Translations under genes and position numbers: made by a program
Source of the DNA: an uncultured virus (IMG/VR IMGVR_UViG_3300027708_001828)
Taxonomy: Duplodnaviria > Heunggongvirae > Uroviricota > Caudoviricetes
Direction: 5' to 3' (one strand)
IMG/VR virus record: IMGVR_UViG_3300027708_001828
Length of the DNA stretch: 64,000 nt
Shown here: piece by piece, positions 41,291-49,307 of the stretch
Layout of the letters: each line of letters begins with the position of its first letter
Numbering within the stretch: the stretch's first letter is position 1
The notes under the pieces: model-generated
The model's database searches: none
What the model saw: only the letters and a program-made list of their open reading frames with translations
Told to the model about the DNA's origin: nothing

Positions 41291-43333
41291 ATGTTAAAGA
41301 AACTCATCCTAAGCCCGTGGACTGCACTGCTGACTCTAGTGTTGGTAGTGGGCATACGCATTGCAGATCCCTCATTTGTTGAAAGCGTACGACTACGCTA
41401 TTTTGATACATTAATTGTAAACAAAGAACCAACATTTAATAATATTATCACGGTCAACATAGACGAAGCTAGTCTAGACAAATACGGCCAATGGCCACTA
41501 CCAAGGGTTAACTATGCTGAAATTATTGAAGACCTTTATCATCGTAATGCTGGCCTTGTTGTGCTTAACGTGCTCATGGCTGAGCGTGATCGTACTGGTG
41601 GAGATAGGGATCTGGCCTCCACTCTTAAACATTATCCGGTAATACTTCCTAGCGTTCCCAGTAATCAAACAAAGAATACACCACGTGTTCCAGGCAGTGC
41701 TGTACTAGCACCAGAATGGTTAGATCAAATTGTTCAGTATCCTGGACTTGTTGCCAACATCTCAAGTTTAGAAAATAGTGCGGCCGGTGTTGGTATTGTA
41801 AACACGCTACCAGAGATAGATGGTGTCAATCGTCGTATGCCTTTGATTGTGTCAGTTGACGGCAAACTTTATCCATCAATGAGTTTAGAAACTCTGCGTG
41901 TGGCCGCAGGTGACACAACATTCCAAGTTAAGTTGTTTGAAGGTGGCGTTGAGAAAATGCGTATCCCCAAGTTTGGGCCTGTGACTACAGATAATCTGGG
42001 GCGTGTTTGGATTGATTGGAGTCAACAAAATCGTAGTTTTAGTTTGATTAACTTACCCAAAGATTTAGAAGGTGCTGTTGTTATAGTAGGACCTACAGCC
42101 GCAGGTATCGGTAATCCGTTACCAACTAGCAAAGGCGCAATATGGCCTCATGATGTACAAGCCGCTGTTATTGGCACAATGATGAATGGAGTTGTTATAC
42201 AACGGCCTGATTGGGCAGACGGTGCAGAAATATTGGGCTTATTGACCGCAGGTATTTTATTATTATTTTTAACAAGGTGGACTTATGTTGGTATTGGCGC
42301 AGGTGTTGTTATTATTGGCTCTATTATTCCTCTATGTGGACTCGCATATAGCAGTGGCTTACAACTCGTGGATGCGACTGTTCCGGTCGGGGGCCTTGTT
42401 TTGGTTATGCTTCACGCTTATGGTGTTAAGTTTGTAAGTGAATACTTACAGAAACAAGCAATCAAGAAACAGTTTGCTGGCTATTGCAGTAAGGAAGTAG
42501 TCGAACTACTACAAAAAGATCCAGACTTGATCAAGCGTGGTGTACGTAAAGACGTAAGTGTCATGTTCAGTGATCTACGTGGCTTTACTCCTATTGGTGA
42601 ACATTACGGAGATGATGTTGCTGGCTTGGGCAAGTATATGAACGGATACATGGACAGCATTAGTCGTCCCATGCTAGATAATAATGGAATGATTATCAAG
42701 TACGTAGGCGATGCAAGTATGCACATACACGGTGCCCCTATTGAAGATCCTAATCACGCTAGAACAATAGTTGCTGTTGGACTTGAAATGCTAGACAAAG
42801 TAGACGAGTATACTAACATTATGGAAGCACAAGGATTGCCACCAGCCGCAATGGGTTGGGGTTGTAACTCAGGTATTGGCTTTATCGGTGAGATGGGTTC
42901 AACAGAACGACACAGCTATGACATCTTGGGTGACATGGTTTCAACTGCGGCACGACTAGAAGCACGTTGTAAAGCATATGGTGTATTGTGTATTATTGGT
43001 GCTGAAACATACAACCGTACTAAGGATGATTTCTTCTACTTGTATTTGGATAACTTACAACCAAAAGGTAAAACTGTAGCAGATGCTATCTATACAGCAT
43101 TACGAACCAAAGGCAACGACTACAGTAAAGAACTTGCCACACACAATAAGATGCATATCCTGTACAAAGAAAAACAATTTGATGCGGCTGCTATATTGTG
43201 TGGAGAATTGAAAGGCAAGTTTAGCGGACAAATGGACAAGTACTACAAAATGTGGATTGAACGCTGTGCGTTTATGAAACAGCAAGATCTAGGCGATGAT
43301 TGGAACGGTGAGTTTATTGCTCACGAGAAATAA
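41291..43333 (+). CDS. CHASE2-domain class III adenylate/guanylate cyclase
   Basis: GQWPLPR, DGVNRR, TMs, FSDLRGFT, KYVGD, AARLE. Confidence 0.92.
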   Translation: MLKKLILSPWTALLTLVLVVGIRIADPSFVESVRLRYFDTLIVNKEPTFNNIITVNIDEASLDKYGQWPLPRVNYAEIIEDLYHRNAGLVVLNVLMAERDRTGGDRDLASTLKHYPVILPSVPSNQTKNTPRVPGSAVLAPEWLDQIVQYPGLVANISSLENSAAGVGIVNTLPEIDGVNRRMPLIVSVDGKLYPSMSLETLRVAAGDTTFQVKLFEGGVEKMRIPKFGPVTTDNLGRVWIDWSQQNRSFSLINLPKDLEGAVVIVGPTAAGIGNPLPTSKGAIWPHDVQAAVIGTMMNGVVIQRPDWADGAEILGLLTAGILLLFLTRWTYVGIGAGVVIIGSIIPLCGLAYSSGLQLVDATVPVGGLVLVMLHAYGVKFVSEYLQKQAIKKQFAGYCSKEVVELLQKDPDLIKRGVRKDVSVMFSDLRGFTPIGEHYGDDVAGLGKYMNGYMDSISRPMLDNNGMIIKYVGDASMHIHGAPIEDPNHARTIVAVGLEMLDKVDEYTNIMEAQGLPPAAMGWGCNSGIGFIGEMGSTERHSYDILGDMVSTAARLEARCKAYGVLCIIGAETYNRTKDDFFYLYLDNLQPKGKTVADAIYTALRTKGNDYSKELATHNKMHILYKEKQFDAAAILCGELKGKFSGQMDKYYKMWIERCAFMKQQDLGDDWNGEFIAHEK

Positions 43334-44027
43334 GTTTTGCAAGTCCTAATAAACTAAAAAGTCTCAGCCACATATAACCAATATCAAATTCAAACCAGCG
43401 GCGACTCAGTTTAACGCTTGCTGGATTAAGATGATGGTTATTATGAAGTTCTTCACCGCCCACCACAATGCCCCAAGGAACAATGTTGCGACTACTATCA
43501 CGAGTAGTTCCGTTCTTGTAACCATACCAATGTCCTATACCGTTGATAACTCCAGCGGCCCAAAATGGAATCCATATCATTTGCACACCCCACACTACAA
43601 ATCCCCACGGTCCAAAGAACAATAGATCTATGATCAGCATTAGAAGAATACCGAGGCGGCTATGGGGTGTATAAATGTTACGCTCAATCCAATCGTCAGG
43701 AGTACCTACTCCAAACTTGTTGACCATGTCTGTGTCTTTACTTGCTAGATGATAAAGGCCTGCACCTTTGAAAAATACACGAGCGATGCCGTATACGTGC
43801 GGGCTATGCGGATCACCCGCATTATCACTAAATGCATGATGCTTACGATGTATAGCCACCCATTGTTTGGTTACCATACCAGTTGTAAGCCATAGCCATG
43901 CTCGCATGAAATGGCTTAGTATCGGGTTGAATGCGATTCCCTTGTGCGCTTGGCCTCTGTGTAAAAACAAAGTAACGGAAACGATAGTGATGTGTGTGAC
44001 TACAAGTGTGTATATAATTATGTTCAT
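43314..44027 (-). CDS. Fatty acid desaturase
   Basis: HRGQAH, HRKHH, HNNHH His boxes. Confidence 0.92.
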   Translation of the reverse strand: MNIIIYTLVVTHITIVSVTLFLHRGQAHKGIAFNPILSHFMRAWLWLTTGMVTKQWVAIHRKHHAFSDNAGDPHSPHVYGIARVFFKGAGLYHLASKDTDMVNKFGVGTPDDWIERNIYTPHSRLGILLMLIIDLLFFGPWGFVVWGVQMIWIPFWAAGVINGIGHWYGYKNGTTRDSSRNIVPWGIVVGGEELHNNHHLNPASVKLSRRWFEFDIGYMWLRLFSLLGLAKLISREQ

Positions 44028-44039
44028 TATATACTTATC

Positions 44040-44198
44040 TTAGGAGCCGCCAACCAGTTTATTAAATGCAGGTTGTTTGCCATCTTTACGCGGTTTAGCA
44101 GTGCCACGCAGTTGCCCGGCAATACCTGCTTTTTGCCCAACTTTTGCTCCGGCAAAATAATATTTTTTTGCTTCGTTAGTAAATTCACTTGCCCGCAT
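44040..44198 (-). CDS. Small basic protein (52 aa)
   Basis: MRASEFTNEAKKYYFAGAKVGQKAG...KLVGGS; read manually. Confidence 0.55.
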   Translation of the reverse strand: MRASEFTNEAKKYYFAGAKVGQKAGIAGQLRGTAKPRKDGKQPAFNKLVGGS

Positions 44199-44817
44199 GT
44201 TTCTTCCTACCAGCTTTCATATTGGCTAACCAATGTGCTAACTGTCCTTTGCGTCCGCCTTGCTTGGCAGTTTTGCGCAGACTACTGACACTGGCTTTGG
44301 TATTGATACCATGGCGTTTGGCATCACCTTTGTCTTGGGGATTGCGTCCGTCAGCAAAGTTTTCCGGCAACGATCCGTATGCTTGTTGTTGTTTAATCCA
44401 TTGTTCCAAGGCAGCATATTCGCTTGCACTAAATTGGGGTTGTTGTCCTTTAGCGTTGGCATCTTTAATACGCTGTAAGTACATTCTTATGTGTGGCGGG
44501 GGAACTGTGTCCAAGGCAGCTTTATCTGCAGCCACAGCCGCTCGCATTGTTGATAAACTACTAGTAGGTTTTGTTGCAGTTTTGACCACAGGCTTTGACA
44601 AGAAACTCATGAGTCCTTCATCTACATCTTGTTTTTCTAGATACCGTTTGACTTTGAGTAGTTGTGCTTGATTCAAGTCGTCTAAATGTTCTTTACCCGT
44701 CAACCTTTTGGTGAGAGCAAGAAAGCTGGGCTTGTCATCCCATTTTACACCTTTGGCATCGGCCAGGGTGTGTATATTTTTGGGAGTTAGACCTTCTAGG
44801 ATTTCTTTAACTTTCAT
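44185..44817 (-). CDS. Hypothetical (possible internal head) protein
   Basis: MKVKEILE start; ENFADG motif. Confidence 0.65.
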   Translation of the reverse strand: MKVKEILEGLTPKNIHTLADAKGVKWDDKPSFLALTKRLTGKEHLDDLNQAQLLKVKRYLEKQDVDEGLMSFLSKPVVKTATKPTSSLSTMRAAVAADKAALDTVPPPHIRMYLQRIKDANAKGQQPQFSASEYAALEQWIKQQQAYGSLPENFADGRNPQDKGDAKRHGINTKASVSSLRKTAKQGGRKGQLAHWLANMKAGRKKHAGK

Positions 44818-44842
44818 ACAGCTATTTATTCAAGAAAAGGCC

Positions 44843-44935
44843 ACACTTTAGGGATTGCCGGTAGCGAATCAGTTTTCCCAAGGCAGTGGCCGCCTATTCA
44901 CATTCGGTAACTAGTACCGGTCCTAAGGTGAATTC
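44843..44935. ncRNA. Structured element, copy B (unidentified)
   Basis: Homologous to 2959..3052. Confidence 0.65.
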
Positions 44936-44938
44936 TTT

Positions 44939-45274
44939 TTATTTTTTATTTTTGATATTGTCAGCTTCGTCCATGGCATCATGGAACTTGACGTTGGCTT
45001 GTGCTTCCACTATGGCAGTTTCCATAACACGATCTGATTCGATCATCTTGCCACGAATGGTCAGCACTGTGTTGACTTTTTGATTCAAACGAATTAGGTC
45101 ATTGTCCAACATGCGTACACGATCTATCAGTGCGATAAGCACAGTGTTGGCATCGTTGATAACAGGCTTGATTTCTTTGGTTGCCCATTCCCACACATAC
45201 TTGATAATGAAACCCATTCCCACAGCCATTACTATGGGAAATCCGTACTTGTTGACTAGATCTACTACATCCAT
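44939..45274 (-). CDS. Small membrane protein with GFPI motif
   Basis: Paralog of 240..605. Confidence 0.7.
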   Translation of the reverse strand: MDVVDLVNKYGFPIVMAVGMGFIIKYVWEWATKEIKPVINDANTVLIALIDRVRMLDNDLIRLNQKVNTVLTIRGKMIESDRVMETAIVEAQANVKFHDAMDEADNIKNKK

Positions 45275-45414
45275 TACAGCACCTTACCTAATACATATCC
45301 CACTACAAACACAATAGCACAGAATTTTAATAAATCTCTATCAGTCCAAATCTGATGATCGATACCAAATTCTGCTATGCTTTGCGGCATTCTGTTTATT
45401 TTTTGTTTATTCAT
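45274..45414 (-). CDS. Small membrane protein (46 aa)
   Basis: Fills the gap with overlapping start/stop; C-terminal TM. Confidence 0.5.
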   Translation of the reverse strand: MNKQKINRMPQSIAEFGIDHQIWTDRDLLKFCAIVFVVGYVLGKVL

Positions 45415-45601
45415 TGCAGTTCACCTTGTGTCCTCGAGCAAATTGCTCTACTGGGTCCAACTTGACTAGCATACTACGGCCGTCACGATTGACAACTTTG
45501 AAACAGTCGCCATGTTTCCAGCCCAGTGCATCTATGTTTAATTCGGGGTCAAACTTGATGTACTCGGGCTCTAGGTCCCAGTCGTAATCGTAATGCCTCA
45601 T
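45407..45601 (-). CDS. Hypothetical protein
   Basis: Paralog of 589..786. Confidence 0.75.
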   Translation of the reverse strand: MRHYDYDWDLEPEYIKFDPELNIDALGWKHGDCFKVVNRDGRSMLVKLDPVEQFARGHKVNCNE

Positions 45602-45882
45602 TAATCTCTCCTTGCATCGTTCTTGCCGTCTGCACGGCTGATACGGTCTACATCTGGCCGTAAGCCGAGAGCATTTGATACAATAGTGTCAATGCGGATT
45701 ACATCATGGTTCATGGTTTTTACACGATTATCAAGTGCTGTGATAATACCAGCCATGCCCTTTACGCTACTAAGGACACCTGCCAGTAACAACTTGATCG
45801 TTAGATACACAAAATAGCCGCCTGCTAGTGCTGCCGCGACAGGAAACCCAAGGTCCCCGATGATTTTGAAAATTTCGCCCAT
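45601..45882 (-). CDS. Small membrane protein with GFPV motif
   Basis: Paralog of 786..1064. Confidence 0.7.
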   Translation of the reverse strand: MGEIFKIIGDLGFPVAAALAGGYFVYLTIKLLLAGVLSSVKGMAGIITALDNRVKTMNHDVIRIDTIVSNALGLRPDVDRISRADGKNDARRD

Positions 45883-45988
45883 TTCCGATTCGCTCCCGGT
45901 ATAAAAGTATTTATGCTATTTCTAGCCAAAATGCATTGCTATCTTGCTAGAAAGGATATATAATACTAACTGTACAAAGGAGAGCACT

Positions 45989-46096
45989 ATGCCGAGTCCT
46001 CGTAGAGTTTCGCAAATTTTAAAAGGTAAAAAACCACCTAGGCCAAAGACTGTAAAAGCTATGGCTAAACGGGTAGTCAGGAGAAAATCAAAATGA
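45989..46096 (+). CDS. Very basic micro-protein (35 aa)
   Basis: AAGGAG RBS; TTGCTA-17-TATAAT promoter upstream. Confidence 0.6.
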   Translation: MPSPRRVSQILKGKKPPRPKTVKAMAKRVVRRKSK

Positions 46097-46164
46097 CACA
46101 AGGTCGCGTAAAATCAGTCAAAGCTAGAGCCAAACGTGCAACTCGTAAAGCACGTAACAAGTAA
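46093..46164 (+). CDS. Very basic micro-protein (23 aa)
   Basis: ATGA overlap with upstream ORF; AGGAG RBS. Confidence 0.55.
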   Translation: MTQGRVKSVKARAKRATRKARNK

Positions 46165-46174
46165 TAGCAAAAGA

Positions 46175-46518
46175 ATTGTTGTACAAGCCTTAAAGTAAGG
46201 CATTCTGGACGCGGGTTCGACTCCCGCCAGGTCCACCATAAGCATATTAGGTCGTTGAGTTAAAAAGTCGCATGTGATGCGCTCAGACTAAAATAGTATG
46301 CTTTTGATGGGCCTGCCATGGTTTCGACAGGGTGAGATAGGATAAAGGTCAACACGTGGGGTCACGTAAAATACAAATAAAGTAAATGCAAAAGCAAATA
46401 CATTCGAGTATTTCCAAGTTCCTGTAACATTAGCTACTGCTAATGATGCAGAATTTGCAATCGCAGCCTAAGAAACTGCACTCGCGAGGTAGGACTTACC
46501 TTGTCATCAAAACAACCA
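46175..46518 (+). ncRNA. ssrA: Circularly permuted (two-piece) tmRNA
   Basis: T arm + CAGGTCCACCA (ends 46238) precedes GGGCCTG...TTCGAC (46309); G3-U pair; tag ORF 46388-46471 ends ANDAEFAIAA; outer ends approximate. Confidence 0.9.
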
Positions 46519-46545
46519 AAAAGGCACTTTCGAGTGCCTTTTTTA
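46519..46545 (+). terminator. Intrinsic terminator
   Basis: aaggcac-tttcga-gtgcctt-T run. Confidence 0.85.
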
Positions 46546-46620
46546 TTGACCAGTAAACAATTTGCATATATAATAGGGTACTGTGTAAAAACAGTCATTT
46601 TAATTAAAAGGAAGTAAAAC

Positions 46621-47073
46621 ATGAAGAAAATTGCAATCGCAACCCTATTGGCCCTAGCGGCCGCAACAGCCAGTGCTGTAGAAGTTGGCGTCAACGGATC
46701 GTACGATTACGGTTCACCAACCCAACGTCCAGGTGCAGGTATCACAATCGGTCAGAAATATGACAAGTTTGGTGTCACTGCTGGATTTGATCGTTACTCA
46801 AAAGGTACAGATCAAAACAAGTGGACACTGGTTGGTTCATATGATGTGTATTCAGTCGGTGCCGCAACGTTCGCAGTCAAAGCTGGTGCCGCATATTTGG
46901 ACAACTATGGTAATGTTGCTGATGGTTATGCTGGTCTAGTTGGCACAGGTGTCAGCTATGCAGTTGCTAAGAATGTTGCATTGACAGCAGACTATCGCTA
47001 TCAGTTCGGCCAGTCACGTGTTAACCAATTTGATGGCAACACAATTTCTACAGGCATCAAGGTCTCATTCTAA
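46621..47073 (+). CDS. Outer-membrane beta-barrel protein
   Basis: Signal peptide, amphipathic strands, C-terminal Phe. Confidence 0.85.
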   Translation: MKKIAIATLLALAAATASAVEVGVNGSYDYGSPTQRPGAGITIGQKYDKFGVTAGFDRYSKGTDQNKWTLVGSYDVYSVGAATFAVKAGAAYLDNYGNVADGYAGLVGTGVSYAVAKNVALTADYRYQFGQSRVNQFDGNTISTGIKVSF

Positions 47074-47094
47074 TTTTTAATTAGAAAAACATCA

Positions 47095-47116
47095 AGGGAC
47101 CTTAGGGTCCTTTTTT
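47095..47116 (+). terminator. Intrinsic terminator
   Basis: ggacc-ttag-ggtcc-T run. Confidence 0.8.
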
Positions 47117-47163
47117 GTTAATGGAAAATATTGTGGCGATTTTGCCACATTATCACTAGGTTC

Positions 47164-47192
47164 TTGACAAGTGATATAAATACATATATAAT
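47164..47192 (+). promoter_or_regulatory. sigma70 promoter P1 of tRNA region
   Basis: TTGACA-17-TATAAT. Confidence 0.85.
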
Positions 47193-47263
47193 AGAAGCTG
47201 TGTTAGAGATGCTTCGTTAAAAAAGTTTGTTGTCCAAAAACAACAAAAAGATTTACAAAGTAG

Positions 47264-47292
47264 TTGACAACAACGTCGAGAGGCGTTATAAT
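47264..47292 (+). promoter_or_regulatory. sigma70 promoter P2 of tRNA region
   Basis: TTGACA-17-TATAAT, exactly 100 bp after P1. Confidence 0.85.
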
Positions 47293-47351
47293 TAACACAT
47301 GAACTAGCAATTCCGCTAGTAAAAACAAAAAGGTTTAAAAGAGAAAACAAA

Positions 47352-47501
47352 ATGCAATCTTGCAATAGACATCATCAGTTTAATACGATGCCCAAACAGG
47401 TAGGCGTTATAGCCTCTTATTGGTCAGCGATTAACGGCGGAAGTCTGTCATTAGATCGTACACCAGAGATTACAAGGGTCCGGGAGGGCTGGGATGACTA
47501 G
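47352..47501 (+). CDS. Putative attenuator leader peptide (49 aa, all 20 amino acids)
   Basis: MQSCNRHHQFNTMPKQVGVIASYWSAINGGSLSLDRTPEITRVREGWDD; 3' end overlaps antiterminator. Confidence 0.7.
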   Translation: MQSCNRHHQFNTMPKQVGVIASYWSAINGGSLSLDRTPEITRVREGWDD

Positions 47502-47569
47502 GTAACAACTTAGAAACATTTCAAAACTTCAAGGACCCTAGGATTAAAACCCTGGGGTTTTTTGTTTTT
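47475..47569 (+). terminator. Attenuator: antiterminator 47475-47539 vs terminator 47533-47569
   Basis: AGGGTCC/GGACCCT competes with GGACCCTAGG/CCTGGGGTTT + T run. Confidence 0.75.
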
Positions 47570-47581
47570 AGGAAAGGAAAA

Positions 47582-47758
47582 ATGGAACAGATAGATTACG
47601 AAAAATTAAATCAACGCATTGTTGAACAGGCTTATGAAACTGCTTTTGGTCCTACATTGGATAAAGAACAGCTTCAAAAACTTATTCAAGATAAGTTTGA
47701 ACGTGCTAGAAAATATCACGAAGCGTTAGCGAAAGCACCGACGTTCAGTGTAAACTAG
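47582..47758 (+). CDS. Small hypothetical protein (58 aa)
   Basis: MEQIDYEKLNQRIVEQAYE...; AGGA RBS. Confidence 0.6.
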   Translation: MEQIDYEKLNQRIVEQAYETAFGPTLDKEQLQKLIQDKFERARKYHEALAKAPTFSVN

Positions 47759-47996
47759 TACAACGTGTGAAGATACCAGTAACGAGGACTGGGCCCTGCA
47801 CGTAAAACATGGGGCGAACGGGCGGCCTATCGGATGGAACTCCTCTTCTGGAGCTAAAAATGGTAGCGTATCGAAGCATTCTCGGGCCGATAGAGGCAAG
47901 TGGGTTCATCCATGTAGAATGCTTCGATACACACTTTCCAACACTACCTGAAATAGTGCTTGACATAGTCAACGGAGAGTGTTAAAATTAAAATCT

Positions 47997-48085
47997 GGAA
48001 GTGTGCGCTGAATTGGTTGAAGGCAACGGACTGTAAATCCGCCACATAAGAAACATTGTTGGTTCGAATCCAACCACTTCCACCA
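47997..48085 (+). tRNA. tRNA-Tyr(GTA)
   Basis: Cloverleaf, long variable arm, CCA. Confidence 0.9.
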
Positions 48086-48090
48086 AATTT

Positions 48091-48165
48091 GGTCCTGTCA
48101 TATAGTGGTTATTATACCGGCCTGTCTAGTCGGATATCGGGGTTCGATTCCCCGCAGGATCGCCA
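48091..48165 (+). tRNA. tRNA-Asp(GTC)
   Basis: Cloverleaf, CCA. Confidence 0.88.
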
Positions 48166-48173
48166 AGTATATT

Positions 48174-48250
48174 CGGAGTGTAGCGCAGTCTGGTAGCGCA
48201 CCTGGTTTGGGACCAGGGGGTCCAAGGTTCGAATCCTTGTACTCCGACCA
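48174..48250 (+). tRNA. tRNA-Pro(TGG)
   Basis: Cloverleaf, CCA. Confidence 0.95.
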
Positions 48251-48257
48251 ATTTTAT

Positions 48258-48332
48258 GCACGGTTCGTCTATCGGTTAGGACACTGGCCTTTCACGTCAG
48301 TAAGACGGGTTCGATTCCCGTACCGTGTACCA
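48258..48332 (+). tRNA. tRNA-Glu(TTC)
   Basis: Cloverleaf, CCA. Confidence 0.92.
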
Positions 48333-48334
48333 AG

Positions 48335-48525
48335 AACGTTCCGCTTTGTTAGCGGATACTGTGACCCGCAGGATGGGAAGTGAGGTGACTCTCAAGGGTG
48401 GTTCTAGTCTTACCGAACTAGCGTTAGCAACACGATAGCGGTCCCTGTCGGGAAGCGGGTGGAGGGCATGCGTGATGGACCTAGTCCTGATGTGCTATAA
48501 TTACCGCCGAGGGATGTCAGAGCTT
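48335..48525 (+). ncRNA. Unidentified GC-rich structured RNA candidate
   Basis: Non-coding spacer with several hairpins. Confidence 0.45.
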
Positions 48526-48527
48526 TT

Positions 48528-48601
48528 CCTCTTGTAGTTAAATGGTATAACAGTCGGCTGATAACCGGCCATTACAAGTTCGATTCTTGTCGAGAGGACC
48601 A
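48528..48601 (+). tRNA. tRNA-Ile(GAT)
   Basis: Cloverleaf, CCA. Confidence 0.9.
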
Positions 48602-48629
48602 ATTTTTAACAAAGAACAAAGGAAATGTT

Positions 48630-49007
48630 ATGTCATATAGTGACTGGAATAACTCTGCTAAAATAGCAGACATGGTAGGTAAAACTTTTACAAGTGTAAA
48701 AGCAGATGGCAACGAGTTGGTGTTTGAAAACAGCGTGGATCGTTATGTGTTCTTTCATGCACAAGATTGTTGCGAACATGTGCGCATTGAAGACATCGCG
48801 GGCGACTTGAGCGACCTAGAAGGTGAACCTTTAGTAATAGCAGACGAAGTTGAAGGTGAAAGCCCAGCTGACTTTGAAGCATACGAAAGTTACACTTGGA
48901 CATTTTACAAGTTCGCTACTCGCAAGGGCTATGTGGACGTGAGATGGCTAGGAGAAAGCAACGGGTACTACAGCGAAAGCGTAAACCTAGGATACGAAAC
49001 AGTTTAA
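48630..49007 (+). CDS. Hypothetical acidic phage protein
   Basis: HAQDCCEHV...WLGESNGYYSE. Confidence 0.8.
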   Translation: MSYSDWNNSAKIADMVGKTFTSVKADGNELVFENSVDRYVFFHAQDCCEHVRIEDIAGDLSDLEGEPLVIADEVEGESPADFEAYESYTWTFYKFATRKGYVDVRWLGESNGYYSESVNLGYETV

Positions 49008-49057
49008 TTTTATAAAAGGAGATCTGTCATGACCAGTGACAAGAGTGATAAGATGAT

Positions 49058-49132
49058 GGGGGTATAACTTAACGGCTAAAGTAGCGGGCTTTTAACCCGT
49101 AAATCAGAGTTCGATTCTCTGTGCCCCTACCA
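49058..49132 (+). tRNA. tRNA-Lys(TTT)
   Basis: Cloverleaf, CCA. Confidence 0.9.
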
Positions 49133-49307
49133 TATAAAAACATACTGGATCTTCTAGTGGACTAAGACGCTGGCAAATAGGTCGGTGAACGTGGTGTTCA
49201 AATCCCACTCTAGTGTGTTTCTATATGGTATTACTTGTAGATAAATCGAGATTGTTTTTTAATCTCTTTAATCTTTTTCCTATACTTGAAACGGATGTAT
49301 AAAGATT

